Origin: Hyalangium minutum | GTDB taxonomy: Bacteria > Myxococcota > Myxococcia > Myxococcales > Myxococcaceae | Length of the DNA: 64,000 bases | Reading direction: 5' to 3' | Assembly (NCBI RefSeq): GCF_000737315.1 | Contig: NZ_JMCB01000008.1 | Coordinates: 496,001 to 560,000 of the forward strand | Shown here: positions 9,924 through 22,862 of the stretch, piece after piece | Layout of the letters: each line of letters begins with the position of its first letter | How positions within the stretch are numbered: the first letter of the stretch is position 1 | Notes under the pieces: generated by a model | Told to the model about the DNA's origin: nothing | The model's database searches: none | The model's input: only the letters and a program-made list of their open reading frames with translations | Made by a program: the position numbers and the translations under genes

Positions 9924-11311
9924 CGCGCGCGTCCACGAGTCTTCTTGCCGTGCTGCTCGCCCTCACTGGCTGCGCCAGCTCGGCTCCGACGAAGCTGCCT
10001 TCCTCCGAGCTCCAGCAAGGCTGGGAGAGCGCTCCGGCCGCGGAGCGAAGCGCGTCGGTCGACGCGGCGTGGTGGCGGTCCTTCAGCGATCCGGTGCTCG
10101 ATGAGCTGATGGTCCAGGCCGAGCGCCGGAACCTGGACCTTCGCATCGCCGAGGCTCGAATCCGCGAGGCCCGGGCGCTGCGCCAGGGCGCGCGGGCGGA
10201 GCTGTTCCCTCAGATCAATGGCACCGCTGGGATTGGCTACGGCCGGACTGCGTTGGCCAACGAAGAGCGGATCTCCGCTTCGATCGGCGCCGAGGCCAGC
10301 TGGGAGGCCGACATCTTCGGGCGTCTGCGCAAGACGGCCAACGCCGCGGACGCGGACTGGGCAGCGACCGTGGCCGAGCGCGACGGCGTGCGACTGTCGC
10401 TGGCCGCCGAGGTGGCCCAGGCCTATCTGGAATATCGCCTCTACCGCACCCAGACCACCATCGCCGGGGCCAACACGAAGGCCGCGGAGGAGACCCTTCG
10501 GATTGCCCAGGCCCGGTTTGCGCAGGGCGTCTCCAGCCGGCTCGACGTCGAGCGCACGCTGAGCTCTCTGTCCGAGACGCGCGCCCGCGCCGCTCAGCTC
10601 GCGGAGCTGGCCGAGTCCTCGCGCCACCGGCTCGTGCTGCTGCTCGCCACGACCCCGGCGGAGCTGGCAGCCGTCCTACCGGAGACGGGGGCGCTCCCGA
10701 GTGCCAACGCGCTCGGTGTCCTCCTCACCCCCACCGAGGTCATCGGCCTGCGGCCCGACGTGCGTGTGGCCGAGGCCCGGCTGCTCGCGGCCATCTCCCG
10801 GCGGGAAGCGGCTGAAGCCCTGCGGTATCCCCGAATCACCCTGGGCAGCATGCTTGGTCTTCAGAGTGGCAACGAGGCGTCGGCCTTGCTGTCCGGAGGC
10901 TCCCTGATCTGGTCGATCGGTGCGAATCTGCTCGCGCCGTTGCTCGACTTTGGCCGCATTCGGGCCACAATCGACGCCGCGGACGCGAGACAGGAGCAGG
11001 CCTATCTGAGCTACGAGCTGACCGCGCGCACCGGACTCCAGGAGGTCCAGACGGCGCTCATCCTTTATACCCAGGGAGAGATCCGGCGCACCGAGCTCAC
11101 CGCCGCCACGGACTCGGCTCGCAAGGCCGCGGCGCTCGCTCGCCGTCAGTACGCGGAGGGGGCCCTCTCGCTGTTGGAGGTCCTCGACGCCGAGCGCACC
11201 CTCTATGCCCTCGAGCTGCAGGCGGCCCAGGCGACGGCCGAAGTGTCCCTCCGCCTCGTGCGCCTCTACCAGACCATGGGTCTCATGCCCCCGAAGCAGG
11301 AGCCGGCATGA
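9920..11311 (+). CDS. Efflux outer-membrane lipoprotein (NodT/OprM family)
   Basis: Lipobox LTGC; [30 protein letters not shown] and LEVLDAER. Confidence 0.92.
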   Translation: MTRASTSLLAVLLALTGCASSAPTKLPSSELQQGWESAPAAERSASVDAAWWRSFSDPVLDELMVQAERRNLDLRIAEARIREARALRQGARAELFPQINGTAGIGYGRTALANEERISASIGAEASWEADIFGRLRKTANAADADWAATVAERDGVRLSLAAEVAQAYLEYRLYRTQTTIAGANTKAAEETLRIAQARFAQGVSSRLDVERTLSSLSETRARAAQLAELAESSRHRLVLLLATTPAELAAVLPETGALPSANALGVLLTPTEVIGLRPDVRVAEARLLAAISRREAAEALRYPRITLGSMLGLQSGNEASALLSGGSLIWSIGANLLAPLLDFGRIRATIDAADARQEQAYLSYELTARTGLQEVQTALILYTQGEIRRTELTAATDSARKAAALARRQYAEGALSLLEVLDAERTLYALELQAAQATAEVSLRLVRLYQTMGLMPPKQEPA

Positions 11312-11994
11312 AGATCCTCATCGTCGAGGACGAGTCGAAGACGGCCGAGTACCTGCATCGAGGCCTCAACGAGCAGGGCTACACGGTGGACGTGGCTCGG
11401 ACAGGAACGGATGGGCACGCCCTGGCCTTGGAGCACGACTATGACGTCATCGTCCTCGACGTGATGCTCCCGGAGATGAATGGCTTCGAAGTGCTCCGGG
11501 CCATCCGCGCTCGCAAGCAGACGCCGGTCGTCATGCTCACCGCGCGAGACAGGGTCGACGACCGGGTCCACGGGCTGCGGGAGGGCGCAGACGACTACCT
11601 CGTGAAGCCGTTCTCCTTTCTCGAGCTCGTCGCGCGCCTGCAGGCGGTGACCCGGCGGGGCCGCGCCCACGAGTCGACGCAGCTCCGGATTGGAGACCTC
11701 GAGATCGATCTCCTCAGCCGGAAGGCGTACCGGGCTGGCGGGCGGCTCGAGCTGACAGCGAAGGAGTTTGCCCTACTGGCCTTGCTCGCCCGGCGCGAAG
11801 GGCAGATCCTGTCGAAGACCGTGATCGCCGAGCAGGTCTGGGACATGAACTTCGACAGCAACACGAACGTCGTCGAGGTCGCCATCAAGCGCCTGCGAGC
11901 AAAGGTCGACGGGCCCCATGAGCGCAAGCTGCTCCACACCATCCGCGGCATGGGGTACGTGCTCGAGGCGCGCGAGGACGGGGCGTCACCATGA
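11308..11994 (+). CDS. OmpR-family response regulator (CusR/heavy-metal type)
   Basis: [43 protein letters not shown] and HTIRGMGY. Confidence 0.93.
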   Translation: MKILIVEDESKTAEYLHRGLNEQGYTVDVARTGTDGHALALEHDYDVIVLDVMLPEMNGFEVLRAIRARKQTPVVMLTARDRVDDRVHGLREGADDYLVKPFSFLELVARLQAVTRRGRAHESTQLRIGDLEIDLLSRKAYRAGGRLELTAKEFALLALLARREGQILSKTVIAEQVWDMNFDSNTNVVEVAIKRLRAKVDGPHERKLLHTIRGMGYVLEAREDGASP

Positions 11995-13382
11995 GGGCCT
12001 CGATCGCCACGCGGCTGGCCGTGATGTTCGCGGTGGCCTCGCTCGGAGTCTTCTCGCTGGTGGGCATCGGGCTGCAGCGCGTGCTCCACCGGGAGCTCGT
12101 CCACCACCAGCTCCGCGAGGTGAACACCCGGCTCGAGTACGCGGGCATGGTGGTCGCCCGGAACGAGAGTCTGGAGCGGTGGCAGACAGTGCGCGCGAAG
12201 CTGGAGGCCATCACGCCACTCGATGGCAGCGTGCGCTTCTGGGTCGTGGGCCCTGACACCCGCTTCGAGTACGGAGACGCGCCCTCAGCACTCCGCGAGC
12301 GGCTGAGCACCCGCGGCGCGACCGGGCCGTTCGAGTTCGAGCTGCAGGGGCACGCGATGCGGGCGGCCTCACGCGCCATCGCCCCCCATGGTGAGCGCCC
12401 CACGGTCCACGTCATCACGGCGGTCGATTCGACGCGGTTCAACGACACGCTGAACTCCTTCGCCGGGGCGCTCGTCGCGCTCTGCCTCGCGGGGGCCGCG
12501 CTCGTCACACTCCTTGGCCATCGCATCGCCAAGGTGGGGCTCGCGCCGGTGAGCAGCCTGTCTCAGGAGGCCCAGTCCCTCAGTCCGAAGGATCTGTCCC
12601 AGCGGCTGCGGCTCTCTCCCCTCCCTCGGGAGCTGGCCGACCTGGTCTCCTCGTTCAACGGGGCGCTCGACCGGCTGGAGCGCGCTTACGCCCAGCTCGA
12701 GGGATTCAATGCCGATGTGGCCCACGAGCTGCGCACGCCGCTGACCAATCTCATCGGCCAGACGCAGGTCGCCCTGGCCAAGGAGCGGACCGCCTCGCAG
12801 CTCGAGGAGGTGCTGCAATCGAACCTCGAGGAACTCGACCGCCTGCGGGCGATCGTCAACGACATGCTCTTCCTCGCCCGCGCGGATCAGGGAGAGAAGG
12901 CGCTCGACCGGGTCCACACGTCGGCCGCGGAGGAGGTCTCGAAGACCGTCGAGTTCTTCGATGCCCTCCTCGACGAGGCGGGCGTCTCGGTGCGAGTGGA
13001 GGGAGATGCCCAGGCGTCTTTCGAGCGCTCCCTGTTCCGGCGAGCCGCCAGCAACCTGCTGCTCAACGCCATCGAGCACTCCGACCGCGGCGCCGAGGTC
13101 GTCGTGGCCATCACGCGGCAGCAAGCCGAGGTGCGCGTCGCCGTCACCAACCCCGGCACTCCGATTCCGGAGCAGCACCTGGAGCGGTTGTTCGATCGGT
13201 TCTACCGGGTCGACGGCGCACGCCGGAACAGCCGCGACAACCACGGCCTGGGCCTGTCGATCGTCAAAGCGGTAGCCAAGATGCACGGGGGCGCCGTCTT
13301 CGCGATGAGCACGGGAGGCCGCAACACGGTCGGCTTCACGCTCCAGGACACCGCCGCCAGCCCTGGCGCCACTCCCGCTTGA
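11991..13382 (+). CDS. Sensor histidine kinase (CusS/heavy-metal type)
   Basis: Two TM helices, [18 protein letters not shown]-box, FDRFYRVD and GLGLSIV. Confidence 0.92.
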   Translation: MRASIATRLAVMFAVASLGVFSLVGIGLQRVLHRELVHHQLREVNTRLEYAGMVVARNESLERWQTVRAKLEAITPLDGSVRFWVVGPDTRFEYGDAPSALRERLSTRGATGPFEFELQGHAMRAASRAIAPHGERPTVHVITAVDSTRFNDTLNSFAGALVALCLAGAALVTLLGHRIAKVGLAPVSSLSQEAQSLSPKDLSQRLRLSPLPRELADLVSSFNGALDRLERAYAQLEGFNADVAHELRTPLTNLIGQTQVALAKERTASQLEEVLQSNLEELDRLRAIVNDMLFLARADQGEKALDRVHTSAAEEVSKTVEFFDALLDEAGVSVRVEGDAQASFERSLFRRAASNLLLNAIEHSDRGAEVVVAITRQQAEVRVAVTNPGTPIPEQHLERLFDRFYRVDGARRNSRDNHGLGLSIVKAVAKMHGGAVFAMSTGGRNTVGFTLQDTAASPGATPA

Positions 13383-13388
13383 GAGACC

Positions 13389-16745
<3,357 letters not shown>

Positions 16746-16846
16746 GGATGCGCTCCCGGAGGTTCCGGGTCCTCGATGAAGGAGCGCTTTTTACGACAGG
16801 GCACCGCTGAAGCGGAACCCTCCCGGAATGGGAGGAGCCCCCCGCG

Positions 16847-18415
16847 TCACTTCAGGGGCAGCGACACATAGGACGGGCTGCTCGACGACGAGGAGAGCTT
16901 CACCGAGGAGAAGGCCGGCGCCTTGTCCGCATAGAGTGGATCGGCGGTGTCGACGACCAGCGAGAGGCGGTGGCCGATGGGAACGTCATAGGCCGTCGCC
17001 GGGAAGTCCACGTCCACAGCATAGGGCTGGCCGGCCACGGCGTTGCGGAGCGTGACGGCGACGTGCGTGATGAGGCTCCCCGTCCCGGCCCAGTCCGTGT
17101 CGTAGAGATAGGCGATGACCGTCGTCTGTCCGGAGCTGCCCGGCGTCACGGTCAGGCGCAGGTGCGGGGCGCCGCGCACGCGCTGCGGGCTCGACAGCCA
17201 GTCCGACTGCCACACGGCCCCGTTCAGCCGGTCCACCGCCGGAATCCACGCGGAGATCGGCTCCCCCGTGATGGCCTCCGCGCCGTTCGTCAGCAGCGCG
17301 ACGCCGCCGTTGGCCACGGTGTCTCCCGCGACGAGCGTCTTGTTCCAGGCCGCCTGCGAGCCCGCCGTGAGGTCGCCCTCGTTGCTCCACCAGTGCACCT
17401 CGCTCAGGTTGTAGCGCGCAGTGCTCGTCGAGATGGCGCTCCACGAAGGGAACGACTCATAGGTGCTCTGGCCCCGGAGCTGGAGCTGAACCGGGTTCTC
17501 CGTGGCGATGCCCGTGTTCACGCCGCGCAGGTACTGGTCGAACCAGCGGCGCGTGCTCGTCCAGGCGTCATTGGGCAGTCCGAGGATTCCGGTCAGCTCG
17601 GGGATGGCATGGTCCCCTGGGCGCAGCTCGAGCCGCTTCGGCCCCGCCAGCTGGGTGAAGAAGCCCGTGAGCTGATTGGGGCCGAAGAAGCTGTCGCCGT
17701 AGGCGTTGCCCAGGAGGATGGCCGGACGGTTCGCGTTGAGGCGATCCAGGTACGTCGCGGCGCTGCGGACCTGGGCGTAGGCGATGACGCTGTCCAGGTT
17801 CTGGTTGGCGAAGAAGTTCGAGAGGGCTTGCTGTAGCTCCGCCGAGGGCTTCCCGGTCAGCTCCGCCGAGAGCCCCAGCAGCCCGGCACTCTGCAGGTGG
17901 CGCGTCTGGTGCGAGAACAACGAGTACGGCAGATCCGTCCAGCAGCTCAGCGCGGCGACGGCGCGAATGCGCGAGTCAAAGGCCGCGCCGATCAACGACA
18001 TGCCCGCGCCATAGGAGACACCCGCCGCGCCGATGCGCGCTGGATCCGAGGGCGTCTGGGCCAGCGTCCAATCGATGACCTGGCTCAGGTCCGCGATGTC
18101 CTTGGGGCCCGCCGTCTCGATGAAGCCCCCCGAGGTGTAGAAGCCTCGCGGGGTGTACGAGACCACCACGTACCCTGCATCCGCGAACTTCTGCGCCTGC
18201 ACGAAGTACTCCACGCTGGGCAGCGCCCAGCTGGTAATGAAGAGGATGGCCGGGTACCGCCCCGGAGTGTCGGGCGTGAAGACGTTGCCCTTCAGCGTCA
18301 CTCCATCTCGCATGGTGAGGTCGACGATGCGGAAGGACGAGGACGCGAATGCGGGACTGGCGGCAATGCACAGGGACACAACGACAGACACAGCGATGGC
18401 ACGTAACCAGGACAA
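16847..18415 (-). CDS. Secreted CocE/NonD (peptidase S15) family alpha/beta hydrolase
   Basis: Signal peptide, MRDGVTL, GVSYGA nucleophile motif and C-terminal PepX-like domain (YDVPIGHRLSLVV). Confidence 0.88.
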   Translation of the reverse strand: MSWLRAIAVSVVVSLCIAASPAFASSSFRIVDLTMRDGVTLKGNVFTPDTPGRYPAILFITSWALPSVEYFVQAQKFADAGYVVVSYTPRGFYTSGGFIETAGPKDIADLSQVIDWTLAQTPSDPARIGAAGVSYGAGMSLIGAAFDSRIRAVAALSCWTDLPYSLFSHQTRHLQSAGLLGLSAELTGKPSAELQQALSNFFANQNLDSVIAYAQVRSAATYLDRLNANRPAILLGNAYGDSFFGPNQLTGFFTQLAGPKRLELRPGDHAIPELTGILGLPNDAWTSTRRWFDQYLRGVNTGIATENPVQLQLRGQSTYESFPSWSAISTSTARYNLSEVHWWSNEGDLTAGSQAAWNKTLVAGDTVANGGVALLTNGAEAITGEPISAWIPAVDRLNGAVWQSDWLSSPQRVRGAPHLRLTVTPGSSGQTTVIAYLYDTDWAGTGSLITHVAVTLRNAVAGQPYAVDVDFPATAYDVPIGHRLSLVVDTADPLYADKAPAFSSVKLSSSSSSPSYVSLPLK

Positions 18416-18607
18416 GTCTCACCTCCGGTGAGAGGGGTTGAAGGGGCACTGCATTTCCTGCTGTCGATTCGGGCCGCCGGATGAGCACTTCCACTCCGGG
18501 TGGCTTCCAGGGTTGGCGGGGCAACTTCACAGAGAGTGCTCGTGTGTCAGGCCCCGGGGGTTTGCCTCCGTAGGTGCTCTTTCGATACGAAAGAGAGGGA
18601 GGGTGAC

Positions 18608-19114
18608 ATGACGTTCAGACTTCGTGAAGGCCTGAGGCTGCTCCTCGCCGCGACCCTGTTCTCCGCGCCAGCGATGGGCCAGGAGGCGGACGACGGGGAC
18701 GACGAGTCCGAGGTAATCCTCGATGGCGTGAGCGATGTCGCCCAGGACCTGGTTCAGGAGGGTGTGGAGCGGTCGCTGGAGAATCACCCCGAGCGGGCCC
18801 TCCCCCCGCCCCCTCCACCTCGCGTCATGGTGAAGCCGGGAACGGCGGGCAGCGGGCTTCAGGGCACGGCAGGCCTTGGCGACGATGCGCTGCACACCGT
18901 CCCCGTGGGTTCGTTCGCGGATGATGTGGCGCATGCCGTTCCCGTGGGCTCGTTCGCGGACGACGCGGTGCGTGCCGGTTCCGGCATGGCCTCCGTCGCG
19001 GATGACGCGGCCCGCGTGGCGGGCGGTGGTTGCATCAAGGCCATCGGTGGGGTGTTCGCGGCCCTGGGCGCCCTGCTCGCGAAGCTCTTCGGTGGCGGCA
19101 AGAAGGAAGAGTAA
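18608..19114 (+). CDS. Exported hypothetical protein with short ADD-containing repeats
   Basis: ggagg RBS, signal peptide ending APA-MGQ, and VPVGSFADD present twice. Confidence 0.65.
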   Translation: MTFRLREGLRLLLAATLFSAPAMGQEADDGDDESEVILDGVSDVAQDLVQEGVERSLENHPERALPPPPPPRVMVKPGTAGSGLQGTAGLGDDALHTVPVGSFADDVAHAVPVGSFADDAVRAGSGMASVADDAARVAGGGCIKAIGGVFAALGALLAKLFGGGKKEE

Positions 19115-19152
19115 GGCGCGGCAACGGAGCGTCCATCACCTTGGACTCGACA

Positions 19153-19491
19153 ATGGTTCAGCGCGCGGTCTGGGGCGAGACCCTGCAGCGCGCCATCGAT
19201 CCGGGCACGCAGCAGAGCATCTGTGAACTCTTCCCCAGTGGGCAGCCCACGCCGGACTGCCCCACCCCCGAGTCCACGGATGGGGGTACTGCCACGGATG
19301 CAGGCACCGTCGCGGATGCGGGTACCATTGCAGACGCAGGCACGGGAGCGGATGCCGGAACGCCCGGAGACGGCGACGAGCCTCACGAGGAGCCACCGCC
19401 TCCCGAGAAGTCGGGCTGCGGAGCCACCTCGGCGGCTCCCCTGCTCGGGGCGCTCGTGCTGCTGCTGGGGCTGCGCAGAAGGATGTCCTAA
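19153..19491 (+). pseudogene. Probable 5'-truncated MYXO-CTERM protein (C-terminus resembling matrixin-like myxosortase-dependent metalloproteases)
   Basis: STM..GETLQRAIDPGTQQSICELFP, DAG-rich linker, then SGCGATSAAPLLGALVLLLGLRRR. No signal peptide and no in-frame HExxH. Confidence 0.55.
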
Positions 19492-20045
19492 GAGGCTCGC
19501 GCACGCATCCGGTTGTTCTTGGGCTGGTGCTCGACCTCGGCGAGCCCGAGCGCCTCGAGCACAGGGGGCACGTACACGCCGAAGCGGCCGCGGAGGCCCT
19601 TCTTGAGGCCATACCAGCCACCCACGGGATTCTTCGGCGAGCGGCCCCACGCCTCCACGGTCCCCTCGGCGGCGGGCTTCTGCTCGTCCGCGCCCCCCAG
19701 CGAGAGCCAGTCGCCATGGCGGACGAGCATCGCGTGCAGGTCCTCGATGCTGCGGAGGTGGTAGCGCAGCTCGGTTTTCCCCACGCGCACCACGAGAGCG
19801 GGCGGGTCCAGCGTCTCGTCGCGGAAGGCCTCGAACTCCGACGTCCCAGGGGGAGTCTTGAGCTTCCAGGGCTGCTCACGCGTCCCGAGGCCACCGGCGC
19901 CCGCAGCCTGCTTCTTCGCTTCGGGCTTCTTTGCTGGAGTCTTCTTCGCTGGAGCCTTCTTCGCCGGGGCCTTCTTCGCCGGAGCCTTGGTGGCCGGGGC
20001 CTTCTTCACCGAGGACTTCTTCGCTGCGGGCTTCTTGGCTGCCAT
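19488..20045 (-). CDS. Hypothetical protein: histone-H1-like PAKK N-terminal repeats plus a conserved domain (possibly DUF6855)
   Basis: KKPAAKK/APAKK repeats followed by a globular domain with NPVGGWYGLKKGLRGRFGVYVPP. Confidence 0.75.
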   Translation of the reverse strand: MAAKKPAAKKSSVKKAPATKAPAKKAPAKKAPAKKTPAKKPEAKKQAAGAGGLGTREQPWKLKTPPGTSEFEAFRDETLDPPALVVRVGKTELRYHLRSIEDLHAMLVRHGDWLSLGGADEQKPAAEGTVEAWGRSPKNPVGGWYGLKKGLRGRFGVYVPPVLEALGLAEVEHQPKNNRMRARAS

Positions 20046-20245
20046 GGTGTCCCTCTCAGGGATGGCCGGCGCATGGAGCGCCGACGATGGACCTGAAGCG
20101 GTGACTCTAACTTACTGGAGGCATGTGGACGCTGCGGCAGGAAGCCCTGTGGGCCATCCGCTGGATCCCTCTCTCGGACCTCGACTGCGGCCGCAGGAAG
20201 TCTCCTGACGAGCGCCTACCCTTGAAGTAGGATAGGAGTCACCGC

Positions 20246-21661
20246 ATGCCGAGTGCCTCCTCGCCCCCATCGCTTCACCCCGCTCTGCTCCCACGGGGTA
20301 CCGCCATCGGGCCTTGGCGCGTGGTGGACTGGGTCAACCGGGGCGTCAACGGCGCTGTCTACCGCGCCGTCCGCATCGGACAGGAGCACCTGCTTCCCGT
20401 CGCCCTCAAGCGCGCCCTGCTCGCGGAGGATCCTCGCTTCGAGCGCGAGCGGGAGCTGCTCTCGCGCACGTTGCATCCGCACATCCCCCGCCTGGTGGAC
20501 TCCGGCTACTGGGTGAGCCCCAGCGGCGCGCGCCATCCTTTCGTCGCCATGGAGTGGATCGATGGCGTGCCCTTGTACGACTGGGCACGGATGTTCCTTC
20601 CCTCGGCGGCCCAGCAGTTGCGGCTGCTGGCCCAGGTGGCCTTCACCCTTCAGTATCTCCACGCTCAGGATGCACTCCACCGGGACTTGAAGGGCGGAAA
20701 CATCCTGGTGCGCCGCTCCGACAGCCGTCTGTTCGTCACCGACTTCGGCTCGGGCATCTACCCGGACGCGGCCACGCTGACACCGCAGCAGTTGCCCCCA
20801 GGCACTCCGGCCTACCGCTCTCCCGAGGCCTGGCTGTTCAGCCAACGAAACCGGAACACCTCGGAGCGCTACCGGGCCGGGCCCGCGGATGATGTGTTCG
20901 CCCTGGGCGTCACCGCCTGCGTGCTCGCCACCGGCAAGTACCCGGAGATGGGTGAGCTCCGGAAGGATAAGCAGGGACATTGGTCCCTGGACTCGCTGAT
21001 GCTGCCTCGGGCCTTGTTCTCGGCCCGGGTGCCGCCGCAGCAGCGCGACTTGATTCTGCGCATGCTCTCCATCCTCCCCGAGGAGCGCGACACCGCCGGG
21101 GAGCTGGCCCCTGCACTGGAGCGGGCGGCAGACTCTCTCTCCCATCCCTGCCCGCGTCCCAGCGCTTCGGAGACAGAGCGAGCGCCTTCGCACTCACGGC
21201 CGCCCTGGCTCGTGCTGGCGGTGGCCGCAGGCACGCTGGCGTCGTGGGCGGCATGGCTGACGTGGGCGGCCTTTCTCCCCGCGCGGGAAGAGGCCCCGCG
21301 TGTCTCGCAAGCCACCGCCCCGGCCGAGAGCAAGCCCTCACCCGAGGCGGGGCCTGTGGGGCTTGGCGAGGATGCGGCTTCCGCCCCACCTCCGAGCCCT
21401 GCCCTGCCCTCCACCTCCACGCCCTCGATCTCGGACAGTCCTCCCGATCCGTATGAGGGCCAGGCGCAGCCCGACAAGAAAGGCCGGTGTCCTCACCTTC
21501 AGCAGGTCATTCTCAACGGCGCGTGCTGGGCTCGTCTGGCGCTGACCCCAGAGAAGTGCGAGACCAGCGGCGGCGAGATGTACCAGGGGACCTGCCACGT
21601 GCCGATCTTCCCTCGCGGCGTCAAACGCCCCAACACCTCCGGCCACGAGCATCCCCCATAG
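20246..21661 (+). CDS. Membrane Ser/Thr protein kinase with Pro-rich linker and Cys-rich extracytoplasmic C-domain
   Basis: HRDLKGGNI, DFGSG, GTPAYRSPE and DVFALG; TM segment PWLVLAVAAG; terminal C...CW...C...Y.G.C. Confidence 0.88.
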   Translation: MPSASSPPSLHPALLPRGTAIGPWRVVDWVNRGVNGAVYRAVRIGQEHLLPVALKRALLAEDPRFERERELLSRTLHPHIPRLVDSGYWVSPSGARHPFVAMEWIDGVPLYDWARMFLPSAAQQLRLLAQVAFTLQYLHAQDALHRDLKGGNILVRRSDSRLFVTDFGSGIYPDAATLTPQQLPPGTPAYRSPEAWLFSQRNRNTSERYRAGPADDVFALGVTACVLATGKYPEMGELRKDKQGHWSLDSLMLPRALFSARVPPQQRDLILRMLSILPEERDTAGELAPALERAADSLSHPCPRPSASETERAPSHSRPPWLVLAVAAGTLASWAAWLTWAAFLPAREEAPRVSQATAPAESKPSPEAGPVGLGEDAASAPPPSPALPSTSTPSISDSPPDPYEGQAQPDKKGRCPHLQQVILNGACWARLALTPEKCETSGGEMYQGTCHVPIFPRGVKRPNTSGHEHPP

Positions 21662-21800
21662 GGGTCCTGAAGCCACAGATCTCGGCGAGCCGGGCTTTGT
21701 GCTTCAGAACGTGTTGGGTTCTATGAAAGAGCCGAACCAGGGCGATTCGTGCGCAACCCCCTACGGGGACCCTGCGATAACTCCGAACAGTGAAATCCGG

Positions 21801-22352
21801 ATGGGAAGCCCCTTGGCACTGGCTCGTGATGCTTGGCGCTCTGCCTTGGGTGTCGCCTTAAGCGCGAGCCTGATGGGTGCCATGGGGTGCAGTGCGACAC
21901 ACGCCGCCCACCAGAGCACAGGCGAGTCAGGCTCGACGGCTGGCACCGCTGAGCGCGGCGATGCCCTCGCGCAGCGCGGGGACTCCCTCGCGCAAGCCGC
22001 AACGTGCGGCCCAACAGACAGCACCATCTCGTGCTGCCTCAAGCAGCATCCAGGCGTCTACGAGCGCTGCGGAGCGCTGGACCCCACGAAGGTCCCTACG
22101 CGAGCCCCCACCAAAGCCTCCCAGACGGATCCGCCTCCCCTTCCGCCCCCTACGAGCGCGGCCCCTCCCAACCGGAGAAAAAGGGAAGAGGAGTGCCGTC
22201 AATACTGGCTCCAGTGCATCGCGATGGGAGGCGAGTACGAGAAGCGCGGGCAGCACGGCCAGACGGTCTGCCAATCTTGCTACGAGACCTGTAAGGGAAC
22301 AGGCTCCTGGCCTTCGGAGGTCAACGGCCTCGAGTGTCTCGGAGGCTACTAG
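21801..22352 (+). CDS. Cys-rich lipoprotein, copy 1 (candidate toxin/effector)
   Basis: Lipobox AMGC; CGPTDSTISCCLKQHPG; C-terminal C3W2C..GGEYEKRGQHG..C..C...C..WP.EVN..ECLGGY. Paralog at 44945. Start uncertain (21723 is possible). Confidence 0.75.
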   Translation: MGSPLALARDAWRSALGVALSASLMGAMGCSATHAAHQSTGESGSTAGTAERGDALAQRGDSLAQAATCGPTDSTISCCLKQHPGVYERCGALDPTKVPTRAPTKASQTDPPPLPPPTSAAPPNRRKREEECRQYWLQCIAMGGEYEKRGQHGQTVCQSCYETCKGTGSWPSEVNGLECLGGY

Positions 22353-22855
22353 CTGTGTCGCGCTCGCGCCGCGAATGGTGGAACACGGTTGCAGAGGCCC
22401 GCGAGTGGCTCTGCCTCGGAATGGCTTTCGGTGAAGTGCCTTTTGACGCCTACGTGGGCGCGCTCGTGGATCTGGAGCGGCAGTTTGCACGAGAGGCGCG
22501 CACTCCCTCCGAACGCCTGCACCTCCAGCGTCTGACGGCATTGAATGCCGTGCAAGCAGCGTTCGATCAGGCTCGTCCATGGAAGGACTTTGGCCCATGG
22601 CTGCGCAGGCTCCAGCGGTTGGGATTTCCCAACCTGTGGAACCGCCATCATGTCGCGTGCCTCTACGTGCAGTCCTTGAACAACTTCCCGGACCGGGCCC
22701 GAGACGCCTTTGCGATGTTGGCGGACACGGAGCAAAGGGTGTTAAGGCTCCACAAGGATCGTCGTTCGCAGCAACAGATGCTTGACGGGATCGACCATGC
22801 CCGACGCGAAGCCGCGAGCTACGGGATTCAACCTCCTGAGGAGTTGAAGCGGTAA
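22334..22855 (+). CDS. Helical basic partner protein, copy 1 (candidate immunity; 173 aa)
   Basis: Overlaps the upstream gene by 19 nt; closely similar to 45496..46017 (EVPFDAYV, FAREARTP, RPWKDFGPWLRRL, QQMLDGI). Confidence 0.8.
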   Translation: MSRRLLAVSRSRREWWNTVAEAREWLCLGMAFGEVPFDAYVGALVDLERQFAREARTPSERLHLQRLTALNAVQAAFDQARPWKDFGPWLRRLQRLGFPNLWNRHHVACLYVQSLNNFPDRARDAFAMLADTEQRVLRLHKDRRSQQQMLDGIDHARREAASYGIQPPEELKR

Positions 22856-22862
22856 AACTGGA

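Noticed and set aside
21761-21786. Sigma-54 promoter in the conserved cassette leader
   Set aside because: The GG-to-GC spacing does not match the -24/-12 consensus.
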